A stretch of 64,000 bases of DNA from Spirochaetia bacterium (GTDB taxonomy: Bacteria > Spirochaetota > Spirochaetia > SZUA-6 > Bin103), in NCBI GenBank assembly GCA_965198005.1, contig CBDAOI010000003.1, forward strand, positions 608,001 through 672,000. The letters are read 5' to 3'. The notes beneath the pieces are model-generated. The model was not told where the DNA came from. It did no database searches and saw nothing but the letters and a program-made list of their open reading frames with translations. Of the stretch, positions 49,751 through 59,213 are shown one piece after another; the first letter of the stretch is position 1; each line of letters starts with the position of its first letter. The position numbers and the translations under genes were made by a program.

Positions 49751-51541
49751 TCAGAAACCCATTCCTCTCTTCAGATCCTGGTCGATCCAGAGGCGAGGAA
49801 CGACGACTCCAGCGTCTATCGTTTCACCGTTAAAGCCGGTGACCCACGGCTGCGTCACAGTAAATACCAGCGCTCTACCAAGCCATAGATGCCAGTGGTT
49901 CTCTACGAGGTACATATTTGCCTCTCTGACTAACCTCTGCTGCTCCTCATGGGTAGGGGCGCTTTCTGCGGCTTCAACCATGGCGTCATAGGCCGGTTCC
50001 CGCACACCGGCGGGGTTCCATGTCGAGGTCGATACATTCTGTCCGAGCGGGCCGAGTATGCTATGATAAAACCCGATGGCTTCACTCGTCATGCCCTCAT
50101 AGGTATGTTCTCGTAGACGGCCAGCCCAAGTCGCCGAATCCATTGGTTGGAGCTCGACCTCAACGCCAATCTCACTAAAGTATGCTACGGCCAATTCGTG
50201 AAGGCCTAGATCACCTATATCTCTAAAGTCCAGGCCAGTCTTGAATCTAATGCCGTCGGCGCCGCGAGGATATCCGGCCTCATCAAGCAGCGCTTCTGCC
50301 CCTTTCGGGTCGTAGGTATAGTACTGCTGGATGTCTTCGGGCCAATCTTCAAACGGCAGCACATACCCGACCACTGCGTCCGACATATACCCTACAGGTA
50401 CCCCTAATGACCAACCCTTCATGTAGGTATTGCTCACTGTCTCACTGTCCCATGCCATCTGCATTGCGTGGCGTACCCTGATGTCGTTAAAGGGCGGATT
50501 TTGCGCGGACAGAGCAATACCCAGCCCCCAAAGGTAATGGGGAACGACTTGGATGTCGGGGTTGATCTGCTGGAGATTCGCTACCGTATTGACGTCCTGT
50601 ATTTGAGAACCGAAAAGAAAACCTAGGTAGTCGGTCTTACCCGAGCGCAGCGCCGCCAGACGTGTTGCCTCGTCGGGCATAATCATCACCTTCAACTCGT
50701 CAACATAGGGCAAGCGGTTCTCCGGGTATTTCTCATCGAATCCCCAGTAGTTGGGATTCTTCTTGAAGGTAATGGAGCTGCCTTCGACCCAATCAGCGAG
50801 TTCGAAGGGCCCGGTACCGACCAAGTTCCTCCAGTCCGTAACGTCGCCGTGTTGCTCGATTACTTCGGGGGGCAATATGCACATAGGGTACCCAAAGACG
50901 ATTTCACGAAAGGCCTGCAGGTTTGGCTTTTCTATGGTAAAGACAACCGTATGTTGGTCGGTTGCCGTTATCGATTCGATTCCCGCTTCGTCGACTCCTC
51001 CCCACTGGGCAATGTTGGGGCTGAATTCGGTATAGCCGCTGCCCAGACCCGTATAGCGATGCCAGTTATATTCGACATCCTTGGCAGTGAGCTCCCGACC
51101 GTTCATCGGCGCCTTGTCATGCCAGTTAACGCCCTGGCGGATGTGAAAGGTAAAGGTGAGGCCGTCGGCGGAAATGTCCCAGCTTTCCACCAGACGACCT
51201 GTTCTGGCAGAGTCAGGTATGTAGGCGCCTGCAAGGTCAAATTCGTCCCTATCTACTGCCCAGTCGAGATTGCCCAGCTGCTCGCACACGAACTCGTTAG
51301 CACCTCTTGTAGGATGTCCGAAGAAGGCGTCGGAACCCGCAGGGTCGGACAGCCGGGTCGCGGTGAATGTCCCGCCATACTGTGGCGCGGACACCAGCTT
51401 GCCGGTGGTCGGGTCGAGCACGATTTCCCTTTCGGCTGCCGCTGCCGGCTCCGTGTCTGTGGCGCCACCCGCCCAGAGGCCGGTCGCGGTCAGAACGAGG
51501 ACCAACGCAATCGCGAAGGTCCTTGAAAAAAATATCTTCAT
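49751..51541 (-). CDS. Family 5 ABC substrate-binding protein
   Basis: Signal peptide LWAGG; PQYGG, LVESW, GVNWHDKAP.NGRELTA.DV, VGTGPF. Confidence 0.9.
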   Translation of the reverse strand: MKIFFSRTFAIALVLVLTATGLWAGGATDTEPAAAAEREIVLDPTTGKLVSAPQYGGTFTATRLSDPAGSDAFFGHPTRGANEFVCEQLGNLDWAVDRDEFDLAGAYIPDSARTGRLVESWDISADGLTFTFHIRQGVNWHDKAPMNGRELTAKDVEYNWHRYTGLGSGYTEFSPNIAQWGGVDEAGIESITATDQHTVVFTIEKPNLQAFREIVFGYPMCILPPEVIEQHGDVTDWRNLVGTGPFELADWVEGSSITFKKNPNYWGFDEKYPENRLPYVDELKVMIMPDEATRLAALRSGKTDYLGFLFGSQIQDVNTVANLQQINPDIQVVPHYLWGLGIALSAQNPPFNDIRVRHAMQMAWDSETVSNTYMKGWSLGVPVGYMSDAVVGYVLPFEDWPEDIQQYYTYDPKGAEALLDEAGYPRGADGIRFKTGLDFRDIGDLGLHELAVAYFSEIGVEVELQPMDSATWAGRLREHTYEGMTSEAIGFYHSILGPLGQNVSTSTWNPAGVREPAYDAMVEAAESAPTHEEQQRLVREANMYLVENHWHLWLGRALVFTVTQPWVTGFNGETIDAGVVVPRLWIDQDLKRGMGF

Positions 51542-52011
51542 CGTTTCTTCCTTGAATGTTATTTCGAGAGTATTGCGGAGCGGATTGCCTCCCTGGCTAC
51601 TCTCGGGCCCGCAATGCGGACGGCCAGTCTGAGTCAATTTGTGAAGCGCGCGGCGTGTGACTCGGCGGGTTCACCCCAGGGCTCACGCCGCGCGCCTACG
51701 GTTCTTTGAGTATCATTCGACCTCCTTCTTCTCTAGATCTACGTCGGGATCTGCGTTATAACGCCACGCGTGGTGGTGGTCTGAGCAGCAGCGAGTCTGA
51801 ATGGCCGGCAACGCTGGGGGTGTCGCCGGCCGGGATCCGGGACGGTTGCGGTCGCCGGGAAGGGCGCGGGCGGCCCGCATGCCGGTTCGGCGATGGGCGG
51901 AGCCGGCGCCACCGATAGCTACGGCGGTGGTGAAGGCGACGGCGTGCGCGGGGGGGGGCGGGGCATAAGCGCTAACTTGTTGTGGGGGCCTACAGGGGCC
52001 ATGCATGACTT

Positions 52012-52150
52012 TACTGTGCGACCGTACCACGGACGTGCGACTCGGATCAACCAGCCGCGTCGAAAAAATCGAAGAAATCTGACCGCTCATGGCCCTACGG
52101 TGCGACCGTATCACGGCCCCGCGACTCGCGTCAACCACCTGCGTCGAAGA
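52012..52150 (-). promoter_or_regulatory. Tandem imperfect ~55-bp repeat, each unit promoter-like
   Basis: Units start at 52012 and 52096; minus strand reads TTGATC/TTGACG-N18-TACGGT with TGn. Confidence 0.45.
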
Positions 52151-52262
52151 ACAGCGATTCTGGGGGAACGGCTGTGTAGAGGAGCAGAGGTGCATCACGA
52201 ACAGTAGCAACATTGGAAGCGAAAGGTTACAGAAAAGTTTCGAGGGCGAGATCGCAAGCCCG

Positions 52263-52470
52263 GTCATAAGCTCAAGCCCTCCGAGTGTGAAACGCGACCA
52301 TGCCCACCTGTTGGCCCACCGAGTGAATGCACGCACGGTCCGACCGGCAGAAATTCTGTAACTGATTGCAGGTGATGTATTTAGCCACCGTCAAGCCAGC
52401 CCGGTGCGATGACCTGACCACCGTCAGCCACCGCCGCTCGGCCGATGCCGCTGGCTGGCGCGGTGCAGCG
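52263..52470. repeat. ~210-bp IS subterminal direct repeat, copy 2
   Basis: Near-identical to 46690-46910 with a short deletion. Confidence 0.92.
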
Positions 52471-52750
52471 TTCGGCCCTTCGGGGCCGGTTGCCCGCGCG
52501 CCGCCGGCACACCTGCGCCGCAGCCCCAGTCAGGGATCGTTCAGGGAGCAGGTTCAGTTCTCCAGGGAGCGGCTACCCGGACAGCGGCTGCGGCGGCGAG
52601 TTCATCCGCACCAGCACCTGGTCCCACGTCCGTTCACCGAGAATTGCTGGCGATTCTGCGATTCGAGAGATTCGACGGCCTTCCTGGTTGTCTTACCGCG
52701 TTGATCAAGGTCCCGTCGTATGGTCATGATGGTGCGCACCGACCACCACC

Positions 52751-53686
52751 ATGAAGACCTGTTTTCTGTTTCCCGGGCAGGGGGCGCAGTACCCCGGCAT
52801 GGGCAAGGACCTGTGGGAGGCGAGCGCCGCCGTGAGGGAGCTGTTCCGCCTCGCATCGGACGTGACCGGGATCGATCCGGAGGCCCTCCTGTTCAGCGGC
52901 AGTGAGGCCGACCTGCAGGCGACCAACCGCACCCAGATCGCGGTTACGCTGGTGAATCTGGCGGCGGCCCGGGTGCTGGCGGAACGCGGCGCCGTCGCGC
53001 ACGGCTACGCGGGCTTCAGCGTCGGCGAATACGCGGCGCTGGCGGCCGCCGAGGTGATCTCCACCCGTGACCTGTTCGCGATCGTCCAGGCGCGCGGTGA
53101 GCTGATGGAGAGCGCCAGCCGCGACGCCGATACCGCCGGCGGCCGCGCCGGCATGGCGGCGGTGATCGGGCTGGCGCCGGATCGGGTGACCGCCGCGGTG
53201 GCCCGCGCCGGGGCCGGCGTGTACGCCGCCAACTACTCCAGTCCCAGGCAGGTGGTGCTGGCGGGCACGGCCGAGGGGCTGGCGCGCGCCGAGGAAGAGT
53301 GCACGGCGGCCGGTGCCCGGCGGTTCATCCGGCTGAAGGTCTCGGGGCCGTTTCACTCACCGTTGATCGACTCCGCCCGGCAGCGGTTCGCGCAGGTGGT
53401 CGAGGGATTCGAATTCCGCGATCCGGTGACGCCGGTGTACGCCAACGTGACCGGAAAGCGTGTCACGCGCGGCAGCGACGCCAAGCGCCTGTGTGTCGAC
53501 CAGATCGTCTCGAGCGTGCAGTGGGTGACGGAGATCGACACGTTGCTCGGCGACGGCTACCTCAGGTTCGTCGAGAGCGGCCCCGGCACCGTGTTGACCG
53601 GGCTCATGCGGGCGTTCGATACTGATGCGCGATGCGTTCCCGGGGGAACCCTGAAGGATGTGGAAGCGGTGGCAGCCGCGGATTGA
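52751..53686 (+). CDS. fabD: Malonyl-CoA-ACP transacylase
   Basis: LFPGQGAQY.GMG, AGFSVGEY, VSGPFHS. Confidence 0.93.
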   Translation: MKTCFLFPGQGAQYPGMGKDLWEASAAVRELFRLASDVTGIDPEALLFSGSEADLQATNRTQIAVTLVNLAAARVLAERGAVAHGYAGFSVGEYAALAAAEVISTRDLFAIVQARGELMESASRDADTAGGRAGMAAVIGLAPDRVTAAVARAGAGVYAANYSSPRQVVLAGTAEGLARAEEECTAAGARRFIRLKVSGPFHSPLIDSARQRFAQVVEGFEFRDPVTPVYANVTGKRVTRGSDAKRLCVDQIVSSVQWVTEIDTLLGDGYLRFVESGPGTVLTGLMRAFDTDARCVPGGTLKDVEAVAAAD

Positions 53687-53694
53687 GGCGGGTG

Positions 53695-54438
53695 GTGGAG
53701 CTGGAAGGAAAGATCGCACTGGTAACCGGTGGCTCGCGCGGCATCGGCGTCGCGACGGTCACCGCATTGCTGCGCGCGGGGGCCGAGGTGCACTATCTGT
53801 CGCGCTCCCGGGCCGCCGCCCACGACCAGTTGGCGCGGCAGGCGGCGGACGCCGGCGGCGCGGTGACCTGGCATCGGACCGACGTAACCGACGAGGCGGC
53901 CACCGTGGCCGCGGTCGACGAGGTGGCCGGCATGCACGGCCGCATCGACATCCTGGTGAACAACGCGGGCATCACCCGTGACGGGTTGCTGATGCGCATG
54001 GCGCGCGCGGATTGGGACGCGGTGCTGCTGGCCAATCTCACGAGCGTGTTCGTGATCTCGCGCCAAGTGGCGCGCGCCATGATCCGCGCCCGGTCGGGGG
54101 TGATCGTCAACGTCTCGTCGATCAGCGGCGTGCGCGGCAACGCGGGACAGACCAACTATGCCGCGTCCAAGGCCGGCATCATCGGATTCTCCAAGAGTCT
54201 GGCGCGGGAGGTGGCGGCGCGGGGCGTGCGCGTCAACGTGGTGGCCCCGGGGTTCATCGATACCGACATGACCGGGGCCATTCCGGAGCAGATGCGCCAG
54301 GCGATGATCGACATGATCCCGCTCAAACGCACCGGCAGCGCGGCCGAGGTGGCGGAGTTGATCTGCTTTCTGGCCAGCGAGCGGGCGTCGTACGTCACCG
54401 GGCAGGTGATTCAGGTCGACGGTGGCCTGGCGATTTAG
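53695..54438 (+). CDS. fabG: 3-oxoacyl-ACP reductase
   Basis: TGGSRGIG, NNAGITRD.LL.RM, GNAGQTNYAASK. Confidence 0.93.
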   Translation: MELEGKIALVTGGSRGIGVATVTALLRAGAEVHYLSRSRAAAHDQLARQAADAGGAVTWHRTDVTDEAATVAAVDEVAGMHGRIDILVNNAGITRDGLLMRMARADWDAVLLANLTSVFVISRQVARAMIRARSGVIVNVSSISGVRGNAGQTNYAASKAGIIGFSKSLAREVAARGVRVNVVAPGFIDTDMTGAIPEQMRQAMIDMIPLKRTGSAAEVAELICFLASERASYVTGQVIQVDGGLAI

Positions 54439-54456
54439 GAGTCTGTGGAGGAGCGC

Positions 54457-55701
54457 ATGAACAGGCGCGTAGTAGTTACCGGTCTGGGGACGGCGAACCC
54501 GCTCGCGAACGACGCCGGCACGTTCTGGCAACGGGTCCGGGCGGGTGCATCGGGGATCGGTCCCGTGACCCGATTCGACGCCGCCGACTTCTCCAGCCGG
54601 ATTGCGGGCGAAGTCAAGGATCTGGACCTGACCGGCGTGCTGGAGGCGCGGGAGGCGCGGCGGATGGACGCCTTCGCGCGGTTTGCGGTGTTTGCCGGCC
54701 TGCAGGCGCTGGCCGACGCCGGGCTGCAGCCGGACAGCCTGGACCCGGAACGGCTCGGGGTTCTGTTGGGGGTCGGGTTCGGCGGGCTGGACACGCTCGA
54801 GGCGGAGTTCAGGCATCTGTTCGCGCGCGGCCCCAAGGGGGTGCATCCGCTGCTGGTGCCCAAGATGATCAGCAACATCGCCGCGGGTCACATTGCGATC
54901 CGGATCAATGCCCGCGGTCCCTCCTACACCGTGGTCTCCGCCTGCGCATCGGCCAACGACGCGATCGGGGAGTCGTATCGGTGGATCAAGGACGGCGCCT
55001 CCGACGTGATCCTGAGCGGCGGCACCGAGGCTCCGGTGTCACCGCTGGCGCTGGCCGGATTCTGCGTGCTGCAGGCGGTCACCAGCACCCACAACGACGA
55101 TCCGCAACGCGCCAGCCGGCCGTTCGACCGCGGGCGCGACGGCTTCGTGCTCAGCGAGGGGGCCGGGGTCCTGGTGCTGGAGGAGCTGGAGCACGCCCGC
55201 AGCCGCGGCGCCACGATCTACGCCGAGGTGGTCGGATACGGCGCCACCTGCGACGCGAATCACCTGACCGCGCCCCATCCCGAAGGCCTGGGCGCGCGCG
55301 CGGCGATGCGCATGGCGTTGCAGATGGGCGACCTGCGGCCGGACCAGGTGGACTACGTCAATGCCCACGGCACCTCGACGTCACTCAACGACGCCACCGA
55401 GACCACCGCCATCAAGCACGTGTTCGCCGACCACGCGGCCAATCTCAAGGTGTCTTCCACCAAGTCGATGGTCGGGCACCTGCTCGGTGCCGCCGGCGCG
55501 GTGGAGGCGATCGTGACCGTCATGGCGCTGCACGACCAGTTCTTTCCCCCCACCATCAACTACGAGGAGTCCGATCCGGCCTGTGACCTGGACTACGTCC
55601 CGAACGCCGGCTACGCGGGCAGGATCGACGTCGCCATCTCCAACTCGTTCGGTTTCGGGGGGCACAACGCGGTGCTGGCGTTCCGGCGCTATACCGAATA
55701 G
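54457..55701 (+). CDS. fabF: Beta-ketoacyl-ACP synthase II
   Basis: RRVVVTGLG, SACAS, NAHGTST, GHLLGAAG, NSFGFGGHN. Confidence 0.95.
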   Translation: MNRRVVVTGLGTANPLANDAGTFWQRVRAGASGIGPVTRFDAADFSSRIAGEVKDLDLTGVLEAREARRMDAFARFAVFAGLQALADAGLQPDSLDPERLGVLLGVGFGGLDTLEAEFRHLFARGPKGVHPLLVPKMISNIAAGHIAIRINARGPSYTVVSACASANDAIGESYRWIKDGASDVILSGGTEAPVSPLALAGFCVLQAVTSTHNDDPQRASRPFDRGRDGFVLSEGAGVLVLEELEHARSRGATIYAEVVGYGATCDANHLTAPHPEGLGARAAMRMALQMGDLRPDQVDYVNAHGTSTSLNDATETTAIKHVFADHAANLKVSSTKSMVGHLLGAAGAVEAIVTVMALHDQFFPPTINYEESDPACDLDYVPNAGYAGRIDVAISNSFGFGGHNAVLAFRRYTE

Positions 55702-55721
55702 CGCCCTCCGACCGTGGTCGT

Positions 55722-55805
55722 TGCCGGCGCTCGGACTCGAACCGAGACGGTGTTGCCACCACCAGATTTTGAGTCTGGCATGTCTACCAATTTCATCACG
55801 CCGGC
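55722..55805 (-). tRNA. tRNA-Leu(CAA)
   Basis: Acceptor stem GCCGGCG/CGCCGGC, D-loop AAATTGGTAGAC, anticodon arm CCAGA-CTCAAAA-TCTGG, long variable arm, GGTTCGAGTCC; CCA not encoded. Confidence 0.93.
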
Positions 55806-55826
55806 GAACGGAGCGCAGCGAGCCCC

Positions 55827-55855
55827 ACCTTAGGAGGTGGCGCCTGCGCTGTCAA
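55827..55855 (-). promoter_or_regulatory. Sigma70 promoter of tRNA-Leu
   Basis: TTGACA-N17-TAAGGT followed by a GC-rich discriminator. Confidence 0.7.
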
Positions 55856-55877
55856 CGCGGCCGCTCGGCTGCCCGGT

Positions 55878-56570
55878 TCACCCGGGGCCGACGATGGTGC
55901 CGGTGTACGGGGAATGCTCGACGATGCGGCGCAGGTTGGCCGGATCGCTGCCGGCGACGATCAGGGTCAGCGACCGGTCGGCCGCGCGCCGGGTGGCGAC
56001 GGGGTCGAACGGTGCGTGGTGGCCGGGGTGCCAGCGATCACCCGTGAGCCGTCGCAACTCACTCCAGGAGAGGCGGTCGAACGGGCGCGCGGCGGGGTCG
56101 GTGCGCGGGTCGGCGCTGTAGATCCGGGCGACGTTGGACAGCTTGACGAGGTGCGTGGCGCCCAGGCGCTCGGCCAGGATCACCGCGTCGAAGTCGTGCG
56201 AGAAACCGGGTTTCCAGCCGGCGGCGACCAGCACCGGCGCCCGCAGCCCGGTTACCACGGTGGGGTCGGTAACCACCGGGTCCGGCGCCAGCGGTCCGAA
56301 CAGATGCTTGATCAGCTCGGCGTTGAGCCGGGTGGCGGCGATGCCGACCCAGTCGATCCGGTCGGGCTCGGCATCCCCGGCCAACGCCCGCAGCGCGGCC
56401 TGGTACTGGCGGGCGGGCGCGCCGCCGCCGCACACCACCACGAACCGGCGCCCCGCGTCCGCCGCCGCCAGCGCCCGTACTTCGGCGCAGAACTCCGCCA
56501 CGAACGCGGTGTCCACCTGATCGGGCGCGATCAACGACCCCCCCAGCGAGACTATCCAGATCCCGTTCAC
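55878..56570 (-). CDS. pyrH: UMP kinase (archaeal/spirochaete type)
   Basis: SLGGS, VCGGG..AR.YQ, D..GI.ATRLNA, GWKPGFS.D, PFDP.A. Confidence 0.9.
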   Translation of the reverse strand: MNGIWIVSLGGSLIAPDQVDTAFVAEFCAEVRALAAADAGRRFVVVCGGGAPARQYQAALRALAGDAEPDRIDWVGIAATRLNAELIKHLFGPLAPDPVVTDPTVVTGLRAPVLVAAGWKPGFSHDFDAVILAERLGATHLVKLSNVARIYSADPRTDPAARPFDRLSWSELRRLTGDRWHPGHHAPFDPVATRRAADRSLTLIVAGSDPANLRRIVEHSPYTGTIVGPG

Positions 56571-56658
56571 GGCGCCACCTTAGCCGCGTGCCCGGCGCGG
56601 GACAACCGCTCTCGCACGCTTGAAGCTGTTCGCCGGGTTGGGCTATACCTGCCCGATC

Positions 56659-57654
56659 ATGCGCGGCGGTCCTGACAGCGCCACCTGCCAGCGCATCCTG
56701 GTGGCCGACGCCATCGAGGAGGCCGGGATGCGTGCACTGCGGTGCTTTCCCAACCTCGAGGTAGAAGAGCGCACCGCCTTGACCGCGGACCGGTTGGCCG
56801 AAGAAATCATCCCGTACGCGGGTTTGCTGGTGCGCTCCCGAACCCGGGTGCCGAGGTCGCTGATCGCCGCCGCTCCGCGCCTGCGGGTGATCGGCCGCGC
56901 GGGCACGGGCGTGGACAACATCGACGTGGCCGCGGCCAGCGAGCACGGGGTGCTGGTGCTGAGCGCGGCGGGAGCCAACGCGGAGGCCGCCGCCGAGCTC
57001 ACCATCGGCCTGATGTTCGCGGTGGCGCGCCGGATTGCGGCGGCGGCCGCCGCGCTCAAGGCGGGGCGCTGGGAGCGCGCCGAATTCCGCGGCACTCAAC
57101 TCCTCGGCAAGACCCTGGGAATCATCGGCATCGGCCACGTCGGCCGCGCCGTGGCCTGGCGCGCGCGCGGTCTGGGAATGAACACGATCGCCTACGATCC
57201 GTACGTTGCCGCCGACGCGCTGCCGGACCGCAGGATCGCTCTGGTGGCGCTCCCCGACCTCCTGGCGCAGGCGGACTACATATCCGTGCACACCCCGCTC
57301 ACCACGGCCTCGCAGGGGTTGATCGGCGCCGGCGAAATCGCCCGCATGAAGCGCGGCGTCTACCTGATCAACTGCGCCCGCGGGGGCGTGATCGACGAGC
57401 AGGCGCTGCTGGCCGGGCTCGACGGCGGCCGGGTGGCGGCGGCCGCGCTGGACGTGTTCTCGCGCGAGCCGCCGGGCGCGCTGGAGATCGTGCACCATCC
57501 GCGGGTTGTGGCCACGCCCCACGTCGGCGCGCTCTCCGCCGAGGCGCAGTACGGCGTGGCGATGACCATCGCCCGCCGCATGGGCCGGTATCTGACCGAG
57601 GGCGATACCGAGGGGGCGGTCAACCCGGAGGCGATCGAGGCGATCAGGACCTGA
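56659..57654 (+). CDS. D-2-hydroxyacid/3-phosphoglycerate dehydrogenase (no ACT domain)
   Basis: GRAGTGVDNID, GIIGIGHVG, INCARGG, ALDVF..EP, TPHVGA. Confidence 0.85.
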   Translation: MRGGPDSATCQRILVADAIEEAGMRALRCFPNLEVEERTALTADRLAEEIIPYAGLLVRSRTRVPRSLIAAAPRLRVIGRAGTGVDNIDVAAASEHGVLVLSAAGANAEAAAELTIGLMFAVARRIAAAAAALKAGRWERAEFRGTQLLGKTLGIIGIGHVGRAVAWRARGLGMNTIAYDPYVAADALPDRRIALVALPDLLAQADYISVHTPLTTASQGLIGAGEIARMKRGVYLINCARGGVIDEQALLAGLDGGRVAAAALDVFSREPPGALEIVHHPRVVATPHVGALSAEAQYGVAMTIARRMGRYLTEGDTEGAVNPEAIEAIRT

Positions 57655-57761
57655 TCGTTGCCCGCATTGCCTTCCGTGCGGTGCGGCAGCTGCGGCACCG
57701 CGGGTCTTGTACCGCGGCAGCATGCTTCCTATATTTGACCGGACTGGGTTCTCCGCGGCAG

Positions 57762-58523
57762 ATGAGCGCTGACATCACCCATATTCTCGATGCATGGGAG
57801 TTCGATCCCGACGATCAGTACCGCCTGGTGCAGGCGCGCGACGGGCGTGAGGTGTTGCAGGTGCGCCAGCCGCTCGGGATCGAGCAGTACGAGTTGGACG
57901 GACGCCCCGACGGCGGCATGCCGTTCGGCAAGACGAGCGTGCTCGAGGAGATGTACGACCGTCTCTCCGCGCATCGCCGGCGGTACGGGAAGGACACCGG
58001 TTTCGAGCTCGACCGGGAGGACTTCGGCCTGCTGCGCAACGAGGGGATTCTGTTCTACTACCGTTACTTCGTGCTGTTCCAGATCGGCGACTACGAGCGC
58101 ACGTGGGCGGATACCAATCACAACCTCAAGATCTGCGAGCTGGTCGAGCGCTACGGCCGCGGCGATCTCGCGAAGGAAGAGATCCTCCAGTACCGCCCCT
58201 ACATGTTGCGCATGAATGCCACCGCACGCGCGATGGTGCTCCTGGAGGAGGGGTTGCATGCGCAGGCGTGCGCGATCCTGGAGCGCACCATCAAGGATGT
58301 CCAACGCCTGGAGGAAGTGGATACCCCGACCTTCCAGTTCGAGCGGGTGCGTTCGCTGCAGTACCTGCGCGCCGCGTTGCGGGAGATCAAGCTCAACAAG
58401 ACCCGCGCTCCGGTCGCCCAGTTGCGGCGGGCGCTGCGCGAAGCGGTCAACAACGAAGAGTATGAACGGGCGGCGCAGTTGCGGGATCGGATCCGTGACA
58501 TGACCCGGGCGGACGACGATTAG
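57762..58523 (+). CDS. UvrB/UvrC motif-containing protein
   Basis: LGIEQ.E.DGRPDG, YY.RY; C-terminal L.EAV..EEYERAA.LRD. Confidence 0.8.
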   Translation: MSADITHILDAWEFDPDDQYRLVQARDGREVLQVRQPLGIEQYELDGRPDGGMPFGKTSVLEEMYDRLSAHRRRYGKDTGFELDREDFGLLRNEGILFYYRYFVLFQIGDYERTWADTNHNLKICELVERYGRGDLAKEEILQYRPYMLRMNATARAMVLLEEGLHAQACAILERTIKDVQRLEEVDTPTFQFERVRSLQYLRAALREIKLNKTRAPVAQLRRALREAVNNEEYERAAQLRDRIRDMTRADDD

Positions 58524-58533
58524 CCCGCGCAGG

Positions 58534-59211
58534 ATGGTGCCGGCGGCGCTCCTGGGGCTGGCGGCGCTGGCAGTGGCGCCGGCGCTGTCGGCCCAGGCGG
58601 TGGTTACGGCCGAGCGGTTCTTCGATCGCGTGTCCGAGACCTACGGCGGTATCGTCGACTACGAAGCCGACATCCGCATCACCCAGGGCGACACCGTGAT
58701 GGAGGGCGCACTCTCCTACAAGCGCCCGAATCTGCTCCGCATCGACTTTAGCCGGCCGGCGGGCCAGGTGCTGGTCAGCGACGGCCGGCTGCTCACGATC
58801 TACTACCCGGACCTGGAGGTGATTTTCGAGCAGACCCTCCGGCGCCCGGGCGACGACGGGGCGGCCGGGCTGGCGTCCCGGCAGGGCTTGCACTTCCTGA
58901 AGAGCAACTATGCCATCGCCTACGTGGTGGGGCCCGATCCGGTGCCGCTGGACGGCCCGGCGGGCGAGCCGGTGGTGAAGCTGATGCTGACCAGCCGTTC
59001 CGCCACCGAGGGATTCCGCCAGCTCGAGCTGGCGGTGGCGGCGGGCAACCTGATCCGCCGGATTTCGGGAATCACCGTCGGGTTCGAGGAACATCGGTTC
59101 GACTTCTTCAACGTCCGCACCAACCAGAACATCCCCGATACGCGCTTCGCGTACGACTCGCCGCCGTTCGCCAACGTCTACCGGGACTTCCTGTTCGAGT
59201 CGGACGAGTAG
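58534..59211 (+). CDS. lolA: Outer-membrane lipoprotein carrier
   Basis: Signal peptide; YKRPNLLRIDF..P.GQVLVSDG. Confidence 0.75.
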   Translation: MVPAALLGLAALAVAPALSAQAVVTAERFFDRVSETYGGIVDYEADIRITQGDTVMEGALSYKRPNLLRIDFSRPAGQVLVSDGRLLTIYYPDLEVIFEQTLRRPGDDGAAGLASRQGLHFLKSNYAIAYVVGPDPVPLDGPAGEPVVKLMLTSRSATEGFRQLELAVAAGNLIRRISGITVGFEEHRFDFFNVRTNQNIPDTRFAYDSPPFANVYRDFLFESDE

Positions 59212-59213
59212 CG

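Larger units (their letters stand above)
46652..52649. mobile_element. Composite/cargo element with 20-bp terminal inverted repeats and 9-bp target site duplication
   Basis: cagcaattctcggtgaacgg (46652-46671) and its exact reverse complement (52630-52649); gcgattctg at 46643-46651 and 52650-52658. Confidence 0.88.

Noticed and set aside
52012-52150. CRISPR array
   Set aside because: Only two imperfect long units and no cas genes; no CRISPR seen anywhere in the window
55722-55805. tRNA-Leu as an island attachment site
   Set aside because: It is flanked by core genes, and no duplicated 3' end or integrase was noticed
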